Position numbers and translations under genes: made by a program. The notes under the pieces were generated by a model, which saw only the letters and a program-made list of their open reading frames with translations, ran no database searches and was not told the DNA's origin. Positions 48,107 to 56,063 of a stretch of DNA of 64,000 nucleotides are shown one piece after another (positions within the stretch are counted from its first letter, which is position 1; every line of letters begins with the position of its first letter). The stretch comes from Bacteroidales bacterium. GTDB taxonomy: Bacteria > Bacteroidota > Bacteroidia > Bacteroidales > UBA932. The stretch covers positions 1,428-65,427 of the forward strand of contig JAGCJX010000031.1 in NCBI GenBank assembly GCA_017647795.1, read 5' to 3'.

Positions 48107-48155
48107 CTATGCAAATGTACGGATTTTTTCTGGCAATCCTAATTTTCCAGACGAA

Positions 48156-48599
48156 TCATCGCAAGACCAGCCGTCTGTAAAATGCCAGCAGGTAGCGTCG
48201 GACCGGTTTCAATCGGAACCACAGTTTCGCGCGATGACGGTGCCGGTCTGTCAGGCAGTCAATACGATGCCCTGCCCGGAGGATGACGCCTACTTGCGCT
48301 ACCACGTCGGCCAAAGTGCAACGTTCTACCCCAACGCAGTTCCCGTCACCCATCAAGGTCAGTTCTGTTCCCCGAATTTCAATGATCCGGTGCATTACAC
48401 AGGCACTTCCGATGCGCGCCAAGACGATGTCAAACTGCTGCAATTTTCCGGCAGGAACGAGTTCCACGGCATCCACGCCACCCCGGATAAAAGGATGCAT
48501 GCTGTTGCCCTTGGCCGTAATGACAACGGGCTTTCCGGCGGCCACCAAATGGGCTACTTCGGCAAAGAGGACTTCGTTGGCTATGATTCTCTTTTCCAT
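48156..48599 (-). CDS. S24/S26-like peptidase, apparent Ser/His (SipW/archaeal-like) variant
   Basis: The nucleophile motif is AKGNSMHPFI. The position of the LexA-type general-base Lys reads His (CVMHRII). There is no N-terminal TM segment, and the gene overlaps the upstream gene by 19 nt. Confidence 0.65.
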   Translation of the reverse strand: MEKRIIANEVLFAEVAHLVAAGKPVVITAKGNSMHPFIRGGVDAVELVPAGKLQQFDIVLARIGSACVMHRIIEIRGTELTLMGDGNCVGVERCTLADVVAQVGVILRAGHRIDCLTDRHRHRAKLWFRLKPVRRYLLAFYRRLVLR

Positions 48600-49450
48600 G
48601 TTTCACCTTCGGTTACGGCCGTAGCACAAACATAAGCTGCCTCGTCATTGGGCAAACAAGCCAAATGATAAAAAGGCACATGAGTCAACAATTCGTTGAT
48701 GACCTTGCTTACGGCATCGTACAAGGTGGAGTCGTAAGCAAATTCGGGTGGACAAGAAGGATGGATGGCTCCGTACGCCTGCAAGACCTTGAGCGGTTTG
48801 ACTTGGTTGTAAGGAGCTTGGGAGAGGCGGATACAAGCCTTCAAAGCATAACGCTCTGCTTTGTAACAAGGTGTTTTCCCACTCCAGGGACTCCCGTAAA
48901 CCCAGACCATTCCCTCCTCGACCCGCAGGATGGGACTGTCATCGTTCAGAAGAAAAGAGCCCTCAATGTGTTCGCGCCACAAGCGGGTATGCGTACTCTT
49001 TCCCGTCCCGCTCTCGCCCAAAAACAAAAATGCTTGCTCGCGGTACACGATGCAGCTGCTGTGCACCGCCAAGGTAAGTTCCGACAGGGTCATTAGGCCA
49101 TAACCCACCCACAAGGCAAACCGGATGAGACGGGCCTCAAAATTACCAGAGAGAAATACTTCACGCTCCCCTTCACTGCACCACATCGTAAGTACTTCCC
49201 CTTCTTCCGGCTGCAGTGACAGCCGATAGCCGCGGTCGGTGCGGCCAAAGATGCCCAGCACTCCCTCTGTATCAAAGCGGTATTGTTCTGCCTGCAATGC
49301 GGGAGCAGCTTCGCCTTCTCGAAAGCAGAAGGCGAATGCCATCGCCTCGGTCAGAAAGGGACGAAACCCCGCAAGGCCACCAACTACGGAGCACAAACGA
49401 TCGCCCACAACCGCAAACGGATGTCCTGCTATTTGATACTTCAACTCCAT
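48581..49450 (-). CDS. HPr-kinase C-domain-like P-loop protein (HprK-related)
   Basis: Carries a P-loop, LFLGESGTGKSTHT, followed by LLNDD. It is 289 aa and lies 11 nt downstream of the PqqD-family gene. Confidence 0.65.
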   Translation of the reverse strand: MELKYQIAGHPFAVVGDRLCSVVGGLAGFRPFLTEAMAFAFCFREGEAAPALQAEQYRFDTEGVLGIFGRTDRGYRLSLQPEEGEVLTMWCSEGEREVFLSGNFEARLIRFALWVGYGLMTLSELTLAVHSSCIVYREQAFLFLGESGTGKSTHTRLWREHIEGSFLLNDDSPILRVEEGMVWVYGSPWSGKTPCYKAERYALKACIRLSQAPYNQVKPLKVLQAYGAIHPSCPPEFAYDSTLYDAVSKVINELLTHVPFYHLACLPNDEAAYVCATAVTEGETWKRES

Positions 49451-49461
49451 TTGTGTCCGGC

Positions 49462-49728
49462 TTATTCGATTACCTCACATTGTTTCAGGGCCTCTACCCA
49501 TTTCCCTGCATCGCAAAGAGCCTGTTCGTGTTCCAGGCCGTAGGTCTCTTCCAGGATGTACGCAGCCTCCTCCAAAGAGAACTCCTTGCCTTCCAACTCG
49601 CAGAACAGCAGCCGTGCCGAGGAGTTCAAGGAGATGATACGTGTCAGGTTGATGTTGGAGGTACCTTGGTTTACAACGATAGCCTCTCCTGCAATTTCAC
49701 GGAGTTTGAAATGTGCTTTGATTCTCAT
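49462..49728 (-). CDS. PqqD-family protein (RiPP recognition element-like)
   Basis: An 88-aa protein with the pattern REIAGEAIVVN...LNSSARLLFCELEGKEFSLEEAAYIL...DAGKWVEALKQCEVI. Confidence 0.75.
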   Translation of the reverse strand: MRIKAHFKLREIAGEAIVVNQGTSNINLTRIISLNSSARLLFCELEGKEFSLEEAAYILEETYGLEHEQALCDAGKWVEALKQCEVIE

Positions 49729-49751
49729 GCTTGTAATCTTGGGTCTTTATG

Positions 49752-49787
49752 AATACAAACCTTGCTGCCCCGAAGGGGACAGCAAGG
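49752..49787 (-). terminator. strong stem-loop terminator after the 870-aa lipoprotein gene
   Basis: The minus strand reads CCTTGCTGTCCCC-TTCG-GGGGCAGCAAGG, a 12-bp stem with one bulge and a UUCG loop, followed by TTTGTATT. Confidence 0.6.
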
Positions 49788-49814
49788 CTCCTATCTAGTT
49801 GTTTCGTTCTTATC

Positions 49815-52427
49815 TTAGAACATTTCGTTGGCTGAGATTACCCACCAGTCTACATCTTCTTGGTAATCTTCCAAGTTTTCAATGTGGTAGTAGTAGAGGC
49901 CTTCATCGTAAGCCACCATTTCTTCTACGGTTTCGATCAAGTCGATCAATGCATCGTAAACTTGGAGCAATCTTGCTTTTTCGAAGAGTTCGATGCAAGT
50001 ATTCCAGTTCAACAATTTCTTGAAGATACCCCAAGGACCGTTGTTCAAGTCTGCGATGTTTGCTTCGTTGGTTGCGTTGAAGCTGTTTTCAACCAAGGTC
50101 AACGCTTCAACACGAGCTTCGATCAACGCATTGGTTTTCGCAGCGAGGATAGCAGCACGTTTGAGGTCTACGTTCTCACCGTCAATCAAGTCTTTGGATG
50201 CATCTTCGATTTCAGTAACGATGGTACGGAGAGATTCTTTCACCATGTTCATGAAGGTTTCTTGACTGAAGATGTAAGTCAGGAATCGTGATGAAAGTGA
50301 AGTCGGATCTTCTACGATACCTTCCAAAACTTCTACCAATGATTTGCTGCGGATGTCTTGAATAGCCGTATTGAGGGCAGCTCTTGCAGCAGCAATGATT
50401 GCAGAGTTTTCGTTCAGATTGTTGCTGATTTGATCCATGATGCCGTTGTATGCATCGGTTGCGTCACCCAAGAAGGTGGTCGGATCCACTTCGAAGTCGA
50501 TTACGTAGTTGCCACCAGATACGGTTTCGTCATTTTCATCAAACAAGTTTTCTACGAATTTGTATGCAACATTACCAACGACCGGAATATTTTTCAACCA
50601 ACTCATATCCACACTCGCAAGAATGTTTCTGATTGAAAGGCTCAAATCCGGTACCAATGTTTGGAATTGAACTTTAATTTTGGGAAGGGCGTTTACTTTA
50701 TCTTTGATTACAGCTACGTCGTTGAGGGAATCCAATTCGCCTTGGAATTGCTCAGCTTTGACAACAAAGTCGTTCAACGAAGCTTGCATATCAGCCACAT
50801 CTTCTGCTTCCACCAATGCAGTCGGTTGCAAAGCAGCGATGAGGGCAGTAAAGTACTCTTTGTATCGGCTTTCTTCCAATTTTTGACGAATAGAAGCTTT
50901 GGTTTGGTTGAAGCGTTCAATTGCAGCGTTGATTTCGTCAATGTTTTCTACATAAGCATCAATGGTAGAGAGAGCCGATTTTGCAGCGCTAATTGAACTG
51001 GTCAATTTTGTGTTCAAAGAACTCTTGAATGCATCGATAGCATCTTGGGTATCGTATTCGGGTTCTTCCAATTTGTTGTTTCCGTTGATGAAGTCGTCAA
51101 TCAAAGTGTCAATGTTCAACAACATTTCATCTACAGCCGCATCCAATTTACCTTGAATACCGGTTCCTTGGTAGATTTTTTCAAATTCAGAAAGGAAGTT
51201 CAAGAGTGAAGGAATATCGTTCACCAATTCCAGGTCATCCAACATAGATTGCAAGTAGCTCATACCGGTGTAGTCCACTTTTTGGATGAAGCTACCGTAT
51301 GCTTCGAAACGTTTCACGTCTTTTGTAAAGCCGGGGATACCACCCAATACTTCGTAAGCCGCTTTGTAGTTTTTCAAGGCAAGGTAAGCAACAGCTTCTT
51401 CGATCACCATCTTGATGTTTTCTTCAGCTTTCAAGTTGTTGATCCATTCTTCGATGTTAAGGTTGGTTACACAAGGGATGATGCGTTCACCGTCCATATA
51501 GGCACCGGCTTTGGCACGGATCCACAAATCAACAGCTTTGGTACCGCTCACTTCGAAAGTTCTAGCACTGAAGGTACGGCTCTTAGAACGAGTGAAGGTA
51601 TTTTCTGCAGTAATTTCTGTTTCAAAGAAGTTACCTACAGTGTCATAGAAACGAATCACCAAGTCATTGGCAGCGTAAGTACCGGGAGCCAAAACGAAGG
51701 TGAAGTTGGTTGCTTCGGTTTCGCTCAATTGAACGCCTTCGCCGCAAGACATTTCTACGATATCAGAACCTCTTTCAGATACTTCTGCCATGGGAAGCCA
51801 TCCTTCTGCAGCTGCAGCGGTGATGGTAACAGCACCAGCGAGTTTGGTGTGTGATTTGCTTTCCAAAGTAGCATAGGTAATGATTTCAGTACCGTACAAA
51901 GGCATTACCAAGAAGCTACCTACGTTTTTGAAAGCGAAGTCCAAAGTAGCATCTACAGCAACCATCGGAGAAGCGCCTTGACCGAATGAGTTCTTGCCAT
52001 AAGATTGGTAAACCGGAATCTCAGTGTTGATCAAATAGTCATCACCTTCTTTTACTACGGTGGTGTTTTCGTTGTACGGGTAAACACTTACGTTCATGAA
52101 TTCACGTTGTTGTTCGGTAGAGAAGTTCATCTCACCAGCAACGAATTTGAAGTCAGCGCGGGTTGAACCGGCACCGTTGCTCAACACCCATTGAGAGTGA
52201 GCAGTGTTGGAAGTAAAGAGGCTGATTTCATCTTGTGCAGACCACAGCACTTTAAATCCGTTTTCAGTACGTTCCATTTCGGTACGTGTTTCGGGCATAT
52301 CGCCCAAGGAAGCAGTCACCACAGCATCAGCTGCGTTCGGTTGACCTTCCAAAGTGTATTCTTCCATCTGACAAGAAGTCAGCAAGCCCATTGAAAGAAT
52401 ACCCAATGCTAAAAAGATTTTTCTCAT
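49815..52427 (-). CDS. 870-aa lipoprotein with a fimbrillin/Mfa-like N-terminal domain and a long acidic alpha-helical C-terminal region
   Basis: Lipobox LLTSC. The N-terminal roughly 300 aa show a fimbrillin-like pattern (VLWSAQDEISLF, ADFKF, VSVYPYN, LDFAFKNVGSFLVMPLYG, KLAGAVTI). The remaining roughly 560 aa are helical with heptad-like character. The gene is AT-richer than its neighbours. Confidence 0.7.
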   Translation of the reverse strand: MRKIFLALGILSMGLLTSCQMEEYTLEGQPNAADAVVTASLGDMPETRTEMERTENGFKVLWSAQDEISLFTSNTAHSQWVLSNGAGSTRADFKFVAGEMNFSTEQQREFMNVSVYPYNENTTVVKEGDDYLINTEIPVYQSYGKNSFGQGASPMVAVDATLDFAFKNVGSFLVMPLYGTEIITYATLESKSHTKLAGAVTITAAAAEGWLPMAEVSERGSDIVEMSCGEGVQLSETEATNFTFVLAPGTYAANDLVIRFYDTVGNFFETEITAENTFTRSKSRTFSARTFEVSGTKAVDLWIRAKAGAYMDGERIIPCVTNLNIEEWINNLKAEENIKMVIEEAVAYLALKNYKAAYEVLGGIPGFTKDVKRFEAYGSFIQKVDYTGMSYLQSMLDDLELVNDIPSLLNFLSEFEKIYQGTGIQGKLDAAVDEMLLNIDTLIDDFINGNNKLEEPEYDTQDAIDAFKSSLNTKLTSSISAAKSALSTIDAYVENIDEINAAIERFNQTKASIRQKLEESRYKEYFTALIAALQPTALVEAEDVADMQASLNDFVVKAEQFQGELDSLNDVAVIKDKVNALPKIKVQFQTLVPDLSLSIRNILASVDMSWLKNIPVVGNVAYKFVENLFDENDETVSGGNYVIDFEVDPTTFLGDATDAYNGIMDQISNNLNENSAIIAAARAALNTAIQDIRSKSLVEVLEGIVEDPTSLSSRFLTYIFSQETFMNMVKESLRTIVTEIEDASKDLIDGENVDLKRAAILAAKTNALIEARVEALTLVENSFNATNEANIADLNNGPWGIFKKLLNWNTCIELFEKARLLQVYDALIDLIETVEEMVAYDEGLYYYHIENLEDYQEDVDWWVISANEMF

Positions 52428-52497
52428 TGCTAAAAAAGATAGTTTATCAGTTAATTTCTTTTACGAGTCTCTAGGAATTGAGTCCTGTTTGCGCCGA

Positions 52498-52620
52498 CTA
52501 GCCTTGTCCTTCTTCGTCTTCAACGAATTCATTGCTGGCAGCGAAGCCTTTCTCAACTTCAACTTCTACGACTTCCACGAAGGGAACTTCGTAAGTTTCA
52601 ACAAAATTTTTCTTTACCAT
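52498..52620 (-). CDS. unlisted 40-aa acidic ORF (MVKKNFVETYEVPFVEVVEVEVEKGFAASNEFVEDEEGQG)
   Basis: Hand-translated, with ATG at 52620 and TAG at 52498. It lies 70 nt upstream of the lipoprotein gene on the same strand. A TATCTTTG -7 box lies at 52714..52721. It is below the ORF-track size cutoff. Confidence 0.4.
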   Translation of the reverse strand: MVKKNFVETYEVPFVEVVEVEVEKGFAASNEFVEDEEGQG

Positions 52621-52713
52621 AATTACATGTAATATAAATAGTTAATACAGATTTACCCTCTCGAGTTATCTTCCAATAAAATATATGATTTTACACAAGC
52701 CAATAATTAGGTG

Positions 52714-52721
52714 CAAAGATA
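52714..52721 (-). promoter_or_regulatory. candidate -7 promoter box (TATCTTTG) for the small ORF / lipoprotein unit
   Basis: Matches TAnnTTTG on the minus strand about 90 nt upstream of the small-ORF ATG. Confidence 0.35.
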
Positions 52722-52961
52722 TACAATCTTTTCTCTTTAAAACAATAAATTTAACAAATTATTCCCCCCTCTCAACAGGCCCTCAATAAAATCCTTTTTC
52801 GAATTCGAAAACAGTCTGATTACGAATAATCCACATTCATAAATTCCGAATAATCAAATCATAAAATAATCAAAATCCTGCCCTTGCAGATTACAAATTC
52901 AAAATAGTCTATCCGAATTCTGTACCGAAGCCGTATTTTTGCGGTGTGAAAACGAAACACA

Positions 52962-53075
52962 CGCTCACAGGACACGCTGCGGCCTTCATCGCCTATGCCA
53001 TTTTTGATTTCAACATCATCGTCTGCAAGGACTTGACCCCCCCCCATTTATACGATGTTTGTAGCCGGCTGGGTG
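52962..53075 (+). pseudogene. remnant of a DMT (EamA) transporter gene, paralogous to 31926..32846
   Basis: The sequence ...GGACACGCTGCGGCCTTCATCGCCTATGCCATTTTTGATTTCAACATCATCGTCTGCAAGGACTTGACC parallels 31950..32020. A 9-C run follows, and then the TTTATACGATGTTTGT block of 32250. Confidence 0.7.
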
Positions 53076-53089
53076 TTCGGTCGAAACAC

Positions 53090-53615
53090 AATACAAAGCA
53101 ACCGTAGACGAGCTCAACTTCTCCGATCCCCAATTCGTCGCCAATCGCATCAACCAATGGTCCAAACAGCAAACCGAAGGGAGCATCCGCGAACTGTTGG
53201 ATCCCAAGGTTGTCACACCGGCCACGGCTGCCTTTCTGATCAACGCCCTCTATTTCCTGGGCGAATGGGAGGGTACGGCTCAACAGCCGATGTTTCTGAG
53301 CGACAACACCCGGACGCAGGACTTTTACCGGGCCGACGGTTCAACCTGTGCGGTGGAAATGATGTCCAACAAACGCGAACACCGGTATGCAGAATTGGAT
53401 GGTTTTCGGGTGCTGGAACTTCCCTATGCCGGGGCTGATTGACGTGTATGAACAACTGCCCAAGTTGACCGGATGTTTGTAGCCAAGGCAACCACCGCCT
53501 TTCGCCCGCAGGAGCGCAAGCAGGTCCATTTCTACGCCGACCATCCCTTCCTGTTCCTCCTCGGTGACCTCCACGGAAATGTGCTATTCCAAGGGGCATT
53601 TGTAGGAGGAAATAG
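53090..53615 (+). pseudogene. remnant of a serpin gene, paralogous to 32843..34117
   Basis: The translation FSDPQFVANRINQWS...INALYFLGEWEGTAQQPMFLSDNT...LELPYAG ends at a stop. After a deletion it resumes as AFRPQERKQVHFYADHPFLFLLGDLHGNVLFQGAFVG. Confidence 0.8.
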
Positions 53616-53921
53616 GTGGCAGAGGGCCGCGATGGGATCGTAGAACAACATACGGGGGCCGGCCCAACGCATGATCTTACGAATCTCTTCCCGCATCGAC
53701 GGCTTGTAGCAATGGATTGGGCACTTCTTGCAGGCCGGTTTCTTCTCTCCAAACTTGCAGTACGAGAGGCGTTTGTGTGCATACTCCTCCAACGCCCGGT
53801 ACTCCTCGTTCATCTCCTTCATCCCCAACTTGTGGCGACAATACAAGGCAATCATCTTGCTCACGACTTCCTTCTCGCGTGCGATGCGGGTGTTTTTCTT
53901 CGATTTCTTATGTTTCGACAT
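53532..53921 (-). CDS. nitrous-oxide-stimulated-promoter (YgbA-like) family protein
   Basis: Cys-rich pattern in YCRHKLG...CKFGEKKPACKKCPIHCYKPSMREEIRKIMRWAGPRM. The C-terminal tail reads into the serpin remnant. Confidence 0.65.
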   Translation of the reverse strand: MSKHKKSKKNTRIAREKEVVSKMIALYCRHKLGMKEMNEEYRALEEYAHKRLSYCKFGEKKPACKKCPIHCYKPSMREEIRKIMRWAGPRMLFYDPIAALCHLFPPTNAPWNSTFPWRSPRRNRKGWSA

Positions 53922-54083
53922 TTTCGGGGTGCTTTTTCGGGGTTCTTCCGGGCGGTAATCCTGCCGCGGTTCTTCTGGGAGGTCATTCTTCCGGCTGAGC
54001 CATTTCCCGGTATTCCATTTCCGCAGGTTCTTGTCCTGTTTTTCATTCCGGTAATCCTGCCGCGGTTCTTCCGCGAGGACACC

Positions 54084-54632
54084 TCACCGCGACGCCTCGG
54101 CGTTCGCCTCTTTCGCAAATTGCATCAGTGACCAGGGCAGATGGCAATAGCCCTCGGGGTGTTTGTCCAAATAATCCTGATGGTAGTCCTCGGCCGGATA
54201 GAAATTCCGCAACGGCTCCAGCTCCACGGCCAACGGTTGGCCCACGGCCGCTTCCACCTGCAAGAATAATGCCTCAAACAGCGGACGGTCGCCCGCATCC
54301 GTGTAGTACACCCCCGTCCGATAACGCGTGCCCACATCCTCCCCCTGCCGGTTCAACGACGTCGGATCGATCGAACGAAAAAACAATTCCCCCAGCAGCT
54401 GCAGACTCACCCGCTCCGGATCATACTCAATCCGCACCGCCTCCACAAACCCCGTCGTATCAGTGTACACTTCCTCGTACGTCGGGGCCCAAACAGCAGA
54501 TGGCTGGGAAACTTCTTCCGGCACGCGACCATTGGCGTACCCCACTTCGGTCGCCACTACTCCCCGCACCTGTTTGAAGTAATGTTCTGTTCCCCAGAAA
54601 CACCCTCCCGCAAAATAGATTGATTTCGTCAT
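54084..54632 (-). CDS. msrA: peptide-methionine (S)-S-oxide reductase
   Basis: Carries the GCFWG active-site motif and YHQDYL. Confidence 0.95.
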   Translation of the reverse strand: MTKSIYFAGGCFWGTEHYFKQVRGVVATEVGYANGRVPEEVSQPSAVWAPTYEEVYTDTTGFVEAVRIEYDPERVSLQLLGELFFRSIDPTSLNRQGEDVGTRYRTGVYYTDAGDRPLFEALFLQVEAAVGQPLAVELEPLRNFYPAEDYHQDYLDKHPEGYCHLPWSLMQFAKEANAEASR

Positions 54633-54710
54633 AAAGGATGCTTATTATTTGTGAGGTAAAGATAGAAATAATTGCTAATTTCGTTGTGAATTATTTGTAG
54701 TCCTACACAC

Positions 54711-55484
54711 ATGCCCATCTTCCTCTTGATTGCCGCTATCATTGTAGCGGTCCTCGTTTCGCGAGTTAAACCGGAAACGCCCAGCAGCATCGGCCAATCT
54801 GGCGAGAAGCGCGTTGCTAAGAAATTGAATTGGTTGTCCAAGGAATATTTGGTCCTCAACGACATCATGCTTCCGACGTACTATGGGACTACTCAAATCG
54901 ACCACATCATTGTATCGCCGTACGGTATTTTCGTCTTGGAAACCAAAAACTACAAAGGCTGGGTCTTTGGACACGAGAACTCGCAGGAATGGAAGCAAAG
55001 CCTGTTGGGCAAAAAGAGATTTTGGGGCTGGAGCAGCCAGAAATATCCTTTCCGCAACCCCATCCTGCAAAACGAATCACACATCCGGGCAGTTGACCGC
55101 CTCCTTCCGGACATCCATCCGGCATCCCTGATACCCATCGTTGTCTTCTCGGACAATGCGCAACTCTATATCACAGCACCCAACCACATTGTCATCCAGT
55201 GGAAGAATTTGCGCAAGACAATCAAACGCTTCAGGAAAGTATATTTTTCGGAGAATCAGGTAAAGAGATTTGCCAAAATCATTGCATCGGCCAACATCAC
55301 TGACCCAGAAATCCGGAAGAAACACATCTCCAATATTGCCAAAGCAAAACAAAGCGCCGAAAAAAAATTAGCCAAGGAAATTTGTCCCTACTGCAACGCG
55401 CCCCTTGTCAAACGCAAAGGCGAATATGGCCTCTTCTTAGGATGCTCCAATTTTCCGAGGTGCAGGTTTACGAAGAAAGTGTAG
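54711..55484 (+). CDS. NERD-domain protein with C-terminal topoisomerase-type C4 zinc finger
   Basis: N-terminal TM segment. The NERD core reads GEKRVAKKL...QIDHIIVSPYGIFVLETKNYKGW. The C-terminus reads CPYCNAPLVKRKGEYGLFLGCSNFPRCRF. Confidence 0.8.
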   Translation: MPIFLLIAAIIVAVLVSRVKPETPSSIGQSGEKRVAKKLNWLSKEYLVLNDIMLPTYYGTTQIDHIIVSPYGIFVLETKNYKGWVFGHENSQEWKQSLLGKKRFWGWSSQKYPFRNPILQNESHIRAVDRLLPDIHPASLIPIVVFSDNAQLYITAPNHIVIQWKNLRKTIKRFRKVYFSENQVKRFAKIIASANITDPEIRKKHISNIAKAKQSAEKKLAKEICPYCNAPLVKRKGEYGLFLGCSNFPRCRFTKKV

Positions 55485-55664
55485 AATACTAACTATCCTA
55501 CGCACGTAGGGTCTAAAAGTCTTCACAAAGGTACACCTATGATTTGACAGCTTTTGTCAAAAATCAAAAATTATCGTGCAATGCACTGATTTTTAGTAGA
55601 CACCACCCACAAATCAACGAAGCCCAGCAATTAGGCAGGGCTCCTGTTGTTATTTGAGTAATGC

Positions 55665-55750
55665 AGAGATCCCCGGTCAAGCCGGGGATGACGTACTAGC
55701 GGCGCGACAAAGCCGGGGATGAGGTGCTGGCGCCAGTCATGACGTGTGAA
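55665..55750. repeat. GC-rich palindromic repeat cluster R1
   Basis: Contains GAGATCCCCGGTCAAGCCGGGGATGAC (hairpin CCCCGG/CCGGGG), plus a second AGCCGGGGATGAG and GTCATGACG. Confidence 0.7.
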
Positions 55751-55823
55751 AGGTCGTAGTCCGTAATGATCTCGGTATGGCGTGTAGAAATATTTCATTA
55801 TTTTTGCAGAAGTAATTGATAAT

Positions 55824-56063
55824 ATGGAAACCAGGATTCAGTTAAGCAAGGACGAAATCGTCATGGGGTTTGTTGCTTCGTGCATTGAAGATGTTGCGGA
55901 CACCCTGGCCCTGGATTATCTTGAAGTCTACCAGCGAATGGATGCCGTCAGGATGATTGAGGATTATATTATCCCCAATTACGAGGTCCTGCACTCGGAA
56001 AGTCGAAAAAACCTAACCGACAGCCTGATCGACACATTAAAAAGATGGGAGGAAGGAGTATGA
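55824..56063 (+). CDS. DUF3791-family protein
   Basis: 79 aa with the pattern VMGFVASCIEDVADTLALDYLEVYQRM...IEDYIIPNYEVLHSES. A TATTTTTG box lies at 55799..55806. Confidence 0.65.
   Translation: METRIQLSKDEIVMGFVASCIEDVADTLALDYLEVYQRMDAVRMIEDYIIPNYEVLHSESRKNLTDSLIDTLKRWEEGV

Noticed and set aside
52621-52960. Invertible promoter (inverton) upstream of the lipoprotein / micro-ORF unit
   Set aside because: I looked for 15-30 bp inverted repeats flanking the promoter region and found only self-palindromes. No recombinase gene is nearby.
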